The notes: generated by a model from the sequence alone, not told the origin. DNA of 64,000 nucleotides from Mobula hypostoma (GCF_963921235.1 NC_086097.1:85438001-85502000); one strand, 5' to 3'; positions 49,800 to 63,339 are shown, counted from the first letter of the stretch. Numbers and translations are program-made.

Positions 49800-51305
49800 C
49801 TATCAACCTGACTCCACAGAAGGTAGACCAGCATTTATGTAGCACCCAGAAGGAAAGAGCATTGACGACGTTACTGTGATTAAACACGACACTGGCAGGG
49901 CGAAGCAGATACCATGGCTGACTGCACAGCTTCGTGCACTGCTAAGGGATCAGGACTCTGCCTTCAGATCGGGGGGCTGGACGGCCCTAAGGTCAGCAAG
50001 CGTTGCCAGGAAGGTGAGGAGGGCGAAGCATGAGTAACCACAGAAAATACACAGACACCTTTGTGACACCAGGCACATCCAGCGCACATGGCAAGGTGCA
50101 CAAACCACAACTGATTACAAGTCCAGGCTGTGCCTCCCTTCCTGATAGCTGAATGCTTTCTGTGCACAATTTGCCAACTGAATGATGCGACATCGAGCAA
50201 AGCCCCCTCTCTTCCTGAGGAGGAGGCATCCTGTCTGAGCACAGCCAAGGTGAGGAGGACTCCAGCGAGGGTAAATTTATGCAGAGTTGTAAGGCTGGAC
50301 AACATACTTGGTCAGGTGCAGCCCAGTTTAAAGAGGTCTTAATGAACATCTTTAGCACCTCTCTGAAACAGTCCACTGTCCCTGCAGGCAGTTAACTGCA
50401 CCCAAGAGACCAACAGTAACTGGCCTAAATGACTACCGCCCTGTGGCACTGACTTCAGTAATCATGAAGTGCTTTGAGCAGCTGGTAATCCCACTTTCCA
50501 GCTATATTGGACCCTTTCCCGTTTGCTTATTGCTCAAACCAGTCCACTGATGATGCCACAGCCCTCCACTCTGTCTTGTCTCAGCTAGAAAACGATGCCT
50601 CATGCGCTGGGCTGTTGTTCGTCGACTGGCTCAGCGTCTAAGACGAGTGTCCCTCAGAGGCTGGTGGGTAAACTGTCACTGGACTCAACAGCCCTCTCCG
50701 TAACTGGATTTTGGATTTATTGTCCAGAAGTCCTCAGCCAGTCTGGGGTGGAAGCAACACCTCAAGCTTCAGCGCACCGAGCACTGGTACCCCGCAGGGC
50801 TGTGTGCTTGGCCCTCTGCTGTTCACGACGCCGAATTCTTTCAGGACTGCCAGATCCACCTCAAATCGCCTCACCAAACTCACTGATTAAACAACAGTGG
50901 TTGGCCTCATCAGCAACAATGAGTCGGCGTACAGTGAGGAGGTTGAGAGGCTTGTCAGATATGCGGGAACAACAGTCTGAGTCTCAAAGTGGTACGGAAG
51001 CATTAGGATGAAGACTGCCAGACTGTGTAACAGCTTCTCCCCTCAAGCTGTGAGGCTAATGAATACCCTGCTACCACTGAGGTCTCGTCACTAGAAAAGA
51101 GAGCTATTTACAGTACTGTTTACTGTGCCACGCTTAATTACATGCATTTTGAATTACATTTTATTAATTAATTATAGCATAATATTTTGGTTTTATGTGC
51201 TGTGTGTGATATTTGTTGTGTGGGTGCACTATAGTCCAGAGGAACATTGTTTCATTTGCTTGCATATATGTTCAATCAGGTGACAATAAATTTGAACTTG
51301 AACTT
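49800..51305 (+). mobile_element. Degenerate, internally deleted Rex1/Babar-like LINE
   Basis: [32 protein letters not shown] remnants; TTTGAACTTGAAC tail. Confidence 0.75.
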
Positions 51306-51491
51306 ACTCATCCCTGATTGCCTCAAAAAGAGCAGCTTGCGAGGTTACTTCAGAGGGGCATTAATCCGACTCCTATGTCTTATGTCTTCGGCTCCTATGT
51401 CCTATGGTTTTACCTGTGAGTAGAAGGAAGTTATGTGGCCTTTGAAATAATCTAAGATTTTGGTTCCACAACAAATACCATTATAGAAATG

Positions 51492-52204
51492 GTAGACCTG
51501 AGGAGGACTAAGGCACCAGTGACCCCTGTTTCCATCCAGAGGGTCAGTGTGGACATGGTGGAGGATTACAAATACCTGGGGATACGAATTGACAATAAAC
51601 TGGACTGGTCAAAGAACACTGAGGCTGTCTACAAGAAGGGTCAGAGCCGTCTCTATTTCCTGAGGAGACTGAGGTCTTTTAACATCTGTCGGACGATGCT
51701 GAGGATGTTCTACGAGTCTGTGGTGGACAGTGCGATCATGTTTGCTGTTGTGTGCTGCGGCAGCAGGCTGAGGGTGGCAGACACCAACAGAATCAACAAT
51801 CTCATTCGTAAGGCCAGTGATGTCGTGGGGATGGAACTGGACTCTCTGACAGTGGTGTCTGAAAAGAGGATGCTGTCCAAGTTGCATGCCATCTTGGACA
51901 ATGTCTCCCATCCGCTACAAATGTACTGGTTGGGCACAGGAGTACGTTCAGCCAGAGACTCATTCCACCGAGATGTAGCACAGAGCGTCATAGGAAGTCA
52001 TTCCTGCCTGTGGCCATCAAACTTTACAACTCCTCCCTTGGAGGGTCAGACACCCTGAGCCAATAGCCTGGTCCTGGACTTATTTCCTGGCATAATTTAC
52101 ATATTACTATTTAACTATTTATGGTTTTATTACTATTTAATTATTTATGGTGCAACTGTAACGAAAACCAATTTCCCCTGGGATCAATAAAGTATGACTA
52201 TGAC
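51492..52204 (+). mobile_element. Rex1/Babar-like 3' fragment, (ACTATG)n-tail family
   Basis: Near-identical to the 3' part of 30390-32503; 8-bp TSD TAGAAATG (51484-51491 / 52205-52212). Confidence 0.92.
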
Positions 52205-52329
52205 TAGAAATGACCTCTTGATAAGAGTTATAAATAAAAAAAGACTAATTTAGCAGTTGGGATACTTTTTGTTCTAAGTACAATTACCTCAAAAGATTAC
52301 TAGCGAAACTGAACTCTGATGCCCTAAAA

Positions 52330-53880
52330 GACACGCAGTAAGTGTCAACAACAGTTCGCCACGATAGACCATCTCAGTGCTAATTTTAACAATGTTATCC
52401 CATCAGTACTAATCAACAAGCTTCTAAAACCTGGGACTCTGTACCTTCCCCTGCATCTGGATCATTGACATCCCTCACTGGGAGACAACAGTCAGTGCAA
52501 ATTGAAAATCAAATCTCCTCCTCACAGACAATCAATAAGGGTGCACCCCAAGTATGCATACTTAGCCCGCTGCTCTACTCTCTCTACATCCATGACTGTG
52601 TGGGTGGGTAGACATAGCTCTAATGCGTTCTATAAATTCACCGATGACTCAACTGTTGTCAGCAGAAATCTCAGATAGCGACAAGGAGGCGTACAGGAGC
52701 GAGATAGATCAGCTGGTTGAGCACTATCGCAGCAAGAACCTTGCATTCAGTGTCAGTAAGATGAAGTAATTGATTGTCGACGTCAGGAAGTGGAAGTTGA
52801 GGGAACACAACCAGCCCTCACCAAGTGGTCAGCGGTAGAAAGAGTGAGCAGTTTCAAGTTGATGGGTGTCAGCATCCCTCAAAATCTCTCCTAGGCTCTA
52901 CTTATGAATGCAATTATGAAGATGGCACACCAGCAGCTGTATTTCACTGGGAGTCTGAGGAGATTTGCTGTGTCATGAAAGACTCTATCAAATTTCTGCA
53001 GATGAATCACGACGAGCATTCTAACTGGTCGCACTACCTTCTGGTATGCAGATGCCGATGCATAGGATTGGAAAAACCTTGCAGAGGATGAACAACTCAG
53101 CTAGCTCCATCATGGGCATTAACTTCCCCTCCATCTTCAAAAGGAGGCATACATCAATAAGGAACCCCCCCCCCCACCACCTCCACTGCCCAAGACATGC
53201 CCTCCTCTCATTGCTGCTTTCATGGAGGAGATACACACTCAAGTCCCAAACTCAATGATTTAGTAACAGCTTCTTCCCCTCCACCATCAGATTTCTGAAC
53301 AGCCCATGAACCTATGAACACTACCTCATGATTTTACTGTCTTTTTGCACTATTTACTTATTTATATTTCTTATTGTAACTTGTTGAATCAAGAAGATGA
53401 GACGAATTGGTGTGGTGTACTTGGATTGGGTATTAATACTGGCATTGGTTTATTGTCACATGTACTGAGACAGTGAAAGTACTATTAAATCATTTCACAT
53501 TCATTGAGGTAAAATCAGGTAAAGCAATAACAGTGCAAAATAAAATGTAATGGCGACAGAAAATGTGCAGGGCAGGTAAACAAGAAAGTGCAAGAACATA
53601 ATGAGTAGATGGCGAAGTCCAATAGTTCTTGTCAGGACTAGCGAACCATTCAATAGTCTTATTACAGAGGGGAAGAATCTGCCCTCGAGCGTAGTGATAT
53701 GCACTTTCAGGCTTTTAAATCTTCTACTCTATGGGAGAGGGGAGAAGGGAGAATGCCTGGGATGGGAGGGATCTTTGATTATGCTTCCTGCTTTACCGAG
53801 ACAGTGAGAAGTATAGAAAAACTCCACTGAGGGGAAACGGATTTTCATAATGTGCTGAGCCATGTCCACAACTCCCTGCA
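52330..53880. mobile_element. Two degenerate Rex1/Babar-like fragments (52330-53385 plus; 53440-53880 minus)
   Basis: LSPLLYSLY..KFTDD remnants; FFPSVIRLLNG on the minus strand. Confidence 0.7.
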
Positions 53881-54339
53881 CAAAACAAAGAAACCCAAAA
53901 GAACCCATTCAAAAGACCGAACATGCAGAAAAAAAGACAGATCATGCAAACAATAAACACAAAGCCCTTAGTTCAGCACAAAGCCGAATAAACATCACAA
54001 AGTAGGGAGCTGAACAGCCTCAGGCCCAGACACCCTAACCTTTTCAAAGTGGTCCAGCACTTACTGTAAATCGTCATCGAAACATTGGGTTCAGTTGCGT
54101 CAGTACGTTCCGGGGCCTGGACCCCACTGCCTCAATTTGGCTTCTTCCCGACCTTTCCAATTCAGCCCGGCACTTCAATCTTCATCCAAACATCGGGTTC
54201 AGTTGCCTGTGCACCGCTGCCTCTATTCGGCCTGTACCTGACCTCCAGTCTCCCAGATAAACACGTCTGCACTACGCTGCAGCTCCTGAGAGACGTATTA
54301 AGGAACTGTAGCTGCCGCTCGACGACATTTGACTCATAG

Positions 54340-54645
54340 GGGAAAACGAGGACATGATAGACGGAAGCTAAAGGGAGGTAGTCACCCTGCGATTGCAGGA
54401 GACAGGTAACTGGGTGACAGTCAGAGGAAGGAGGAGATTTGCACAGGCAGTACAGAGTACGCCTGAGCTGTTCCCCTCAATAGTAAGTATACAGCTCTAG
54501 GTACTATTGAGGGGGATGATCTACCGGGGGCGCCACAGTGACTGGGTTTCTGGCACTGTGTCTGCTGCTGTGGCTCAGAAGAGCAGAGAGGTGAAGAGGA
54601 CTGCAGTGTTGATGGGAGATTCCTTAGTCAGACAAACAGAGACAA
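54340..54645 (+). mobile_element. CR1 ORF1 fragment
   Basis: WVTVR, PLNSKYTAL, AVLMGDSLVR (GDSL-like esterase block). Confidence 0.7.
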
Positions 54646-55275
54646 AGGCAAATTGGAGCAGATCCAAGTCTTTTCTCAGGCAGGAGTTGTTATATTTCAT
54701 CACTGACCTCTCAATGCACTTCATCAAGATGGGTTATAAGTGCAACTGGATGATAGTCACTGAGGGAAGTTATTACATTCCTCTGAGGCTCCGGTATAAC
54801 TGAAGCCTGAGCAGGTGGGTACCTCAGACTGCCAAAGCAAGGTTAAAAATCTCAGTGAACACTCCAGCCAGTTGATCAGCACAGGTCTTTAGTGCTCGGC
54901 CAGGTACCCCATTGGGATTGGATGCTTTTCACGGGATCACCCTCCTGCAGGATGCTCTCACCAGACCATACCTATTTGCTGAGACTGTATCTGTATTACT
55001 GTGCTGTTTGTTCTTGGCACTCTACCTCAAATAAAAATGTATTTATCACAGAAGGAATGTAGTCAAAATACACCATACTGGTTCCTGGGATTGCAGTGAC
55101 GAACTGCAAAATGGGAGTAATGATATCAAGTCACAGTCGTAGGCTGTTTGAGGTCATGATCTGTCCACTCTGATTACTTTGATGGACATCACCTGTATTC
55201 AGGCTGTCAGTGCCACCAACTCCAAAACACACATAAGCCTGGGAATTAATTTTGCAGCAAGTTTGGTCTTCACAA

Positions 55276-55808
55276 TCAGAATCAGAATCAGGTTTATTAT
55301 CACCAGCATTTATCGTGAAACTTGTTAATTTAGCAGCAGCAGTTCAATGCAATGCATAATATAGAAGAAGAGGGGAAAAAATAATAAATAAATAAATTAC
55401 AGTATATGTATACTGAACAGATTAAAAATTGTGCAAAAAAATTTGAAAAGTGAGGTAGTGTTCAAGGGTTTAAAGTCCATTTAGGAATCAGATGGCAGAG
55501 GGGAAGAAGCTGTTCCTGAATCACTGAGTGTGTGCCTTCAGGTTTCTGTACCTCCTACCTGATGGTAACAGTGAGAAAAGGGCATGCCCTGGGTGCTGGA
55601 CGTCACTAATAGTGGATGCTGCCTTTCTGAGACATCGCTCCCTAAAGATGTCCTGGGTACTTTGCAAGCTAATACCCAAGATGGAGCGGACTAAATTTAC
55701 AACCCTCTGCAGCTTCTTTCAGTCCTGTGCAGTAGCCCCCCACCCCCCAGCCCCCAATATCAGACAGTGATGCAGCCTGTCAGAATGCTCTCCACAGTAT
55801 ATCTATAG
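55276..55808 (-). mobile_element. Rex1/Babar-like 3' fragment, same family as 15548-16210
   Basis: (AATCAG)n tail on the plus strand; near-identical to 15548-16100. Confidence 0.85.
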
Positions 55809-57979
55809 AACCAAATTACTGAGCCAAATTTTAATGTCTAAAAATAAACCTTTGTATTACTTTTAGATAACCTTAACCTGTTGACTATTAGCAATTTTTG
55901 ACTGCCTCCTTGGCAGTTGATTGGAAGTAGTTTGGAGTGGTCTGTGTGAGGAAATACCTGTTTGAAAAAGGACCGTGTGGAGATATATACAGTATGCTCA
56001 TTTGCAGCAGCCTACATAGTTTTGTAGTAGTTACAGATTGCACTCAGTTTCTGAAATTCTGAATTTTGTAAGGACAATACAAAATACAATCTATGATATA
56101 TTACGAAACTAAAAATAGTTAACTGAAAATATTAGAAACACTTAGCAGGCCTGGAAGCATCTGGGGATGGAGAAACTAAACTAATGTTTCAGGAAAATAT
56201 CCTTTAGTCTGATTTACTGATCATTTCCTGTAAGACATTCTATTCAGTGTTGGCAGTCGAGAATGAATTTTCTTCTCATTGAGTTTCCATGGGTGTATGA
56301 CACACATGCAAATCAGACCTTTAAACAAATGGATATCAATGAAGACATGCGAATTGAATAACACAGCAGTAGATTTCAATGTTCTACTGACCTTGAATCT
56401 GTTAATGATTGCTTGAATTCCATGCAAGGGATTGATTCTGCTGAAATTAAAGTACAGCCTTATTGTAGCCGATTGTAACTACCAATCCAAATTCATTTCA
56501 GGCTAACCAAAAGCTGAAGATCCCTTTCATGAGAGGTGCCTATAACACAGCCAGGCAAGCTGAATCCAAAAGGCCACTGGTAAAAAATGCATACATTTTA
56601 CTGTTATCAATGCTCGTGGCTGATTTGATAAGGTGATGAATGATGGCTTCTTTAGGATTCAGCTGTCACAGAAAATAAAGCCTTCTTGATTCATCTCGGC
56701 AGGCCTGATCTGGTCAGCCTCTTCTCCTATTCATGTTTTACACCAGGCTCCAGAAAGACATATAATTATCTCGTTACTCTATCTACACTGTACCTTTTGA
56801 ACGGCCATCTTTAACAATGTGCATATTACACAAACTCTACTACTCCCTATGTAAGCAACAAGAATGAGTTGTTTCATTAAAAAAGTATAAGGGACATAGA
56901 TATGTCTGAACTCATACATCGCCTGATGTCTAAACAAAATTAAAACTTGAAATATTTATGACATTTGCTTCAGGGTAAATGGGTAGCAGAAGATACCAGT
57001 GAGCATACTGGTTTCTCATCTAGTCTCATACTATCACGGTCAACATAAAACATATATGAAGTCTGATTAACAATTCATTAACAATACAAGTTACATCCTA
57101 TTATCCCTTTCCCTCATTACTCTTCTTATCCTGTATAATTTGTTCATTATCCACCTCAGCCCTCCATATATCAGTCCACTCTCTGCCTTCCTTGCAAGAT
57201 TTGACCTTTTGCACACTTTACGCTGTTTACCCTGTTAAACTGCACCACTAACATCAAGCACATACAACTGGACATGAGAAAGCACCTAACAAATAACAAG
57301 AAATATTATGCCATCAATTCCTCTGGACAAACAGTGGATGAAATTCAATGTATTACAAACTATATATAATCAAAGAGAGAGATGGCACAAATCCAGCAGT
57401 TCACCATTCTGCCCAGAATACTAATTGAAGCAGTTCATTAGCAGTCATGATATTGACAGTGTGGTTCTCTATCCCACACAGCATTAGCGTTAGGCTATAA
57501 AAGTTCAGCTTTATTAATTACTCTTTGATGAGATACAATTTCATGAAAATTAATCATCCATCATGACTTTCAATGGGTGAGAATTCTTAAAACATTCATC
57601 ACTGAACTACTGAGAAATAGCTACATCTGTTGCTGGGAGATTGAATCTTCTTTATTATAATCCTTCAGCGAATAAGAGTTAAGCCCAGCACACACTAAAA
57701 AAAATGGTTTCGATTCGATGCTGGTTAAGTGAACATTACTTGCGAGCTACGATTTTTTTCTCTCCGTTAACTGTACAAAGCAGCAACAATTCAATTGAAT
57801 TGATCTGTCATGGGAAAAATTAAAATTAAACACCACTGTGATGGGTTTTGATTGGGCATCGTTGTAAGTTCATGCTCATACCTTTCCAAATTAATTTCAA
57901 TGTGTAATATTTATTTTTGAGAACCTGAACATTGTCAGGCCAGCACGTATTTTCCCCTGAGAAGGCAATGGTGATCTGT

Positions 57980-58076
57980 CCTGATGAAAGGTCTCAGCTC
58001 GAAATGTCAACTGTTTACTCTTTCCTATAGATGCTGCCTGGCCTACTATGTTCCTCCAGCAATGTGTGAGTGTTAG
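57980..58076 (+). mobile_element. 97-bp Penelope-like terminal fragment starting at the hammerhead core
   Basis: CCTGATGAAAGGTCTCAGCTCGAAATGTCAACTG...; 11-bp TSD TGGTGATCTGT (57969-57979 / 58077-58087). Confidence 0.75.
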
Positions 58077-58652
58077 TGGTGATCTGTTGTAGATATTTTG
58101 AAACATTACTGTCTATTTGGTGAAGGTGCTGCTTGGAAGGGAGCTTTAGGATTTTAGACAATTAACAAGGAAGAATTGGTAATATCCAAATCAAACTTAG
58201 TACATCTCTAAGTGGTAAGATATTGCAGAAAAACATATTTAAAATATTTTTAATCAGAATTTATATTAAGTTAACATTCTTTAGATTCCTCACAAAGAAA
58301 TATCAAAAGAAAAGAGTGTTTGCCCCATCATCAGTATCTGATATAGATCCCCTCCTTAGAAGACCTTCATCCCTGGTACTTTCCTAATGAATCTCTTCTG
58401 CACCCATTCAAAGCCTTGACATCTTTCCTAGAGGTGTCCAGTTTTGAGCACGAACTGTGTGTGATATCTAATACTGACTATAAGTGTTTAATATACCTTC
58501 TTTTATTTTCTATTCCATTTGTCTATTAATAATGCTAAGAACTTCATTTTCCTTCAACAGCTTACTCAACATCTCTTGTCACCTTTATGGAGTTCTTATA
58601 ATATACACAACCCCCTACCCCCACCCCATCCAGGGCTCCCTGTTCCTGGATT

Positions 58653-60506
58653 TGTCATGGTCCGGTCCGAGAAGTCCGTATTCCGGTTCACGGTCCGGTC
58701 CGTGGACTCAGGACTCCGAGTCTTCCAGCTGTCCCTTGATTGAGTTAATCATAGGCACCTGATTCCCATTTTGGGGCTTTGAATATAAGTAGCTTTGGGG
58801 TTGAGTGTGTGCTGCTGGTTTGTCTTATCTGTTCCCCTTGGAGTAACTTACTGATGGATGGCTAGTGAAAGCATTTGTGATCTCTAGACCTGGTTGGAGG
58901 ATCACTGCTTCATGGAGCCTTGTTGTCACTTGTTGGAGTAGTCTTTGTGGTATGAATTCAGCTGTTTCCTGGGCCAGCTGAGTGGCTGCCAGCCACTCTG
59001 AGCTAGGTAGGGATCTGGCTGTTTCTGTAGCCAGCTGAGGTTGCTAGCCGAACTGAGACTTGGAGCTACCATGGAGCAGAGATGGAACTGTTTGTTCTTC
59101 TTTGGTGTTTGTCTCTTGTCCTTGCCTCTGTGGGGTAAGCCAGGCTGTTTAGCTGTTACCCTGCAGGGAGTCCTATCTTGTCTTGTCCTTGCCTCCATGG
59201 GGTAAGTCAGGCTGTTTTGCAGTTGCCCTGTGGGGGATCCTGTCCTGTCCTGTCTTGTCCTTGCCTCTGTGGGGTAAGTCCGGCTGTTCTGCCGTTATCT
59301 GATGGAGAGTCCTGTTCCACCTTGGTGTGGAGATGAAGTTGTCTTAGAATAAGTCCCGGCTCTATATTTATGTACTGTCCTGTGTCACGTTGGTGTCGTG
59401 TTAACGATGAGTCCTGGCTTTTCGAAGGACAGGTCCCGGCTCTATGTTGATGTTCAGTTCCCAGTTGGTGTCTCAGCTCAAGCCTCTGGTTATCAATCTC
59501 TGTATTTCAAAATGACGATCCTGCAGCCAAGCTCCAAGAACCCTAGCCTCAACGATCCTGCAGCCTAGATCCAAGAACCCAAGCCTTGAGGATCCCAAGC
59601 TCAAGACCCAAGCCCACAACCTGCAGCCAAGCTCAAGACCCAAGCCCCGACGATCCCAAGCTCCAAGAACCCAAGCCCGCAACCTGCAGCCAAGCTCAAG
59701 ACCCAAGCCCGGACAATCCCAAGCCAAGCTCCAAGAACCCAACCTGCAGCCAAGCTCAAGACCCAAGCCAAGCTCCAAGAACCCAGGCCTCGAGGATCCC
59801 AAGCCAAGCTCAAGCTCCAAGAACCCAGGCCTCGAGGATCCCAAGCCAAGCTCAAGCTCCAAGAACCCAGGCCTCGAGGATCCCAAGCCAAGCTCAAGCT
59901 CCAAGAACCCAGGCCTTGAGGATCCCAAGCCAAGCTCCAAGAACCCAGGCCTTGAGGATCCCAAGCCAAGCTCCAAGAACCCAGGCCTCGAGGATCCCAA
60001 GCCAAGCTCCAAGAACCCAGGCCTCGAGGATCCCAAGCCAAGCTCCAAGAACCCAGGCCTCGAGGATCCCAAGCCAAGCTCAAGACCCCAGACGCCAGCC
60101 TGCAGCCAAGCTCAAGACCCAAGACCCCAGATGCCAGCCTGCAGCCAAGCTCAAGGCTCAAGACCCAAGACCCCAGACGCCAGCCTGCAGCCAAGCTCAA
60201 GACCCAAGACCCCAAGCCTCAAGCCATGTCATGTCCTTGCCTGGTACTGGGGTCTGAGCCCGAGGGAAGACCCTGGTTCTGGGTCCTCAGACTCAGAGTC
60301 GAAGCCTTGCCTCTTAGTCCATGATTCCTAATCCTGGTCCAACTTTCCCTAGCCCAGGTCTGCGTTCTTATTCCTGGTCTGAATCCTGCCACGTCCCTGC
60401 TCCTGGTCTGAATCCTGTCACGTCCCTACTCTAGTCAAGTCCTGTTCCTTGTACTTCAGTGTCTGTGGCTTGCATTTGGGTCTGTTCCCAGTAACCCACT
60501 GTGACA
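58653..60506 (+). mobile_element. Solo LTR (1854 bp), Gypsy-like, expanded by internal tandem repeats
   Basis: TGTCA...TGACA termini; 5-bp TSD GGATT (58648-58652 / 60507-60511); CACCTG..ATATAAG promoter-like block at ~58757-58790; no coding remnants. Confidence 0.85.
59515..60225. repeat. Compound tandem array with 36/42-bp core units built from CCAAG/TCAAG subunits
   Basis: GCCAAGCTCCAAGAACCCAGGCCTCGAGGATCCCAA (36 bp) and a variant with an extra CTCAAG (42 bp). Confidence 0.93.
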
Positions 60507-61708
60507 GGATTCCTTTGAAACTATGCCATCTTCTCCTCTTTAATATCAAAATGCATCACTTTATACTCCTGTAGGTTAAATTTCATTTGCCATATGCCAG
60601 CCAAATTTAAAACTCATTTGATGCCTTCTGTTACCATCCTCCTTGTCATTTCTGATTTCATTTTTTAAGTTATGACAAGTCACTAATAAATATAAAATAG
60701 AGCAGTACTTCTGATAGGGATCCTTAATACAGACAAGTTGTTTCAGCATATTTACAGAAAAACCTTGAGCACCTATTTAGATTTCAAGAGCAGTCCAACA
60801 TCACAGCATGTACGTGAAAAATACTTTGGAAAGCTAAGAGAAGCATTGAGTAATTGCTTATATTTTCCAACCATCTTACTCCCTTTACAAAACGCTAGTT
60901 GATGTTAAGCAAAGGAATGGAATTGCAGCAAGGATAATCAATTTTCTGGAATCATGAGAGTAAAGGATGGAATTGGAGGAAGGATAATCCATTTTCTGGA
61001 ACCGTGAGTAAGTTCATTATGCCCTGGCATGCTAGTACATTGATCATGATCTAATATGTCAATGGACTGTGTCTGCCCATTTACTTATGCCCTGCATTTA
61101 CTTTGGATTCAGGATCATAGAAATTTCTGTGAATAGAACTGTAATTCTGAATTCGAGAAGTGAACTAAAGTAAGTATGGGGAATTACGAGTTCAGTGCAT
61201 TTAGCAATTAGATCATGGCCCCTATACTAATAGGCCAGGAGAATACAAGACCATCAGTGCATTGAAATTCATTTGTGTTCATTTGTACTAAATGTGCAAT
61301 GCAGTACTGAGTGTGTGCTACACTACACCTCTTGACATTCAATAGAATCAAGTCACCCTTCATCTAATAAAGAAGAAAGGCCTTGTATAGCATCATACCA
61401 TGTTTTGCTGTATTAAACATTTCAACATGCTTAGAATTCATTAAAATGTCAAACTATTATTCCTAAGTAGGCAAAGCATGGTAAATGTTTTCCATTCTAC
61501 ATGAGTCAATGGTTAGAAATAAGGGTAATGTGTTTTTATTCGCATTGATTGAACACGATTGGCTGAGAGAATATGAAGTAGCACTGAGTTGGGCAAACTG
61601 GCTTTGGTTTAATTTAAGGTGGCTTTTGCTAAGCTCCCAATTTAAAAGGAGTGGAGAAAACACATTAAGACATTTATCACAGTGTAGAATACAAAAAGCA
61701 GGCAATTA

Positions 61709-62070
61709 ACAAACAAGTGAAAATCTGCAGACGCTGGAAATCTGAGCAAAACGCACAAAATGCTGGAGGGACTCAGCAGGCCAGGCAGCATCTATGAAGA
61801 AGAATAAACAGTCAACGTTTCAGGCCAAGACCCTTCATCAGGACTGGAAAGGAAGAGAAAACAGACTAAGAAGGTGAGGGGAGAGGAGGAAGAAATACAA
61901 GGTAGTAGGTGATAGTTGATACCAGAAGAGGGGGAGGAATGAAGTAAGGAGCTGTTGTTGATTGGTGAAAGAGATAAGGGGCTGGAGAAGGGGGAATCTG
62001 ATAGGAGATGACAGAAAGCCATGGAAGAAAGGGAAGGGGGAGTAGCACCAGAAGGAGGTGATGGGCAGGA
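61709..62070 (-). mobile_element. Penelope-like element 3' terminal fragment
   Basis: Homologous to the non-coding part of 42633-43212. Confidence 0.8.
61809..61846 (-). ncRNA. Minimal type I hammerhead ribozyme motif with intact core boxes
   Basis: CAGUC-CUGAUGA-AGGG-UCUUGG-CCU-GAAAC-GUU-GACUG. Stem I CAGUC/GACUG; both core boxes; palindromic AACGUU in place of stem III. Confidence 0.72.
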
Positions 62071-63339
62071 CATTACTAAGGGAGGACGTTAGAATAATGG
62101 ATGTTTGTTTTACAAATTCTAACCACTGGAAGCTGTAATGTGACTGACCTGGAAATCTGGCATGGTGGATTTAGTTCAATTTAAGTAAGAATGACATTCA
62201 TCTTACTACACTCTGCTGTGATGTGAGCAAAGCTCTCATCGATCAGGCAATAAATAGCATCACAAACAGAAAAGGAAGTAATTTTATTCACAAATTGTTC
62301 TTTTATATCAAAAATAAATAACCTTTGGCGGAGGAGGTCATTAATGAATACCTATGTTGATCGTCATTTGATTCTTCATATTTTCAATAGAAATTTTGTC
62401 TGCATAACTTGCACTTTCTGCTTTATCCTGCTGTCTTTCAAGAATTAGTTTCTCGAACTGGATGTTGCTGAAATTAATAGCATGCAGTCATATTAAAAAG
62501 GTTGGCTTAAAATGATAGAGCTTTGATTTCCTTTGCCTGGATGGTTATACTGAAGAGTTGGATTACAAATTTCTGCTTTCTTCAGACATTGGAAAGTTCA
62601 AGTGAAGGACCGCAATGAGATAATAATGAATTAAATTAGGAAGCTGAGATTAAATATCAAGTTTGAAAATAAAAAGACTGCAAATCAATATTAAAGGAGG
62701 TGTGTAGTTCAAGAGTCTGAAAAAAGTTTTCGAGACTGAATGAGGGTTATGAGATTTTACTGAAAGGTTTTTTCGTGAGCCACGGGGGTGGTGAAAGGGC
62801 AGCAGATAGACCTTTGCTTTGTTCATTTGAAATACAGTTTTTAGGTCTTTTGTTTCAGAGTGCTGACTGACCAAAGTGCATCAGGTTATGAGTTAGAGGC
62901 CAGGCAGGATGGTTAGAGGCCACAGAGTGAATGAAGACATTACACTCAAAAGAAAACAGAAATTGTTCAAAGAGCAGAGTGAACAGAAAGTATGGTGACT
63001 TCTTCCAATAAAACCAGGGTGATGCCTTCAGCAGAACAGATAGACATATAAACATTGTGCATAAAACGATCACAGTCACTGAAAGAAAGCAGTATAATCA
63101 GTGAGTCTGCTTGAAAAGAATATTATTCAGTCTTCTTCACTTTGGATTGTTGCAGCATGGTCACATCTTGTGACTTTATTTTTTTATTTCTTTTGCTGGA
63201 GTTGGCAATTATTTACTTTTGAATTAGATATGAGGGTGTGTAAGTGTGGAAGGTTCTTTCTTGGGCTAGAACCAAAACTAGTTCATGTCCTGTCTTCTAT
63301 CTCAATAATTTTCATTTAATTTTTCTTTCTCCCTTTCTT

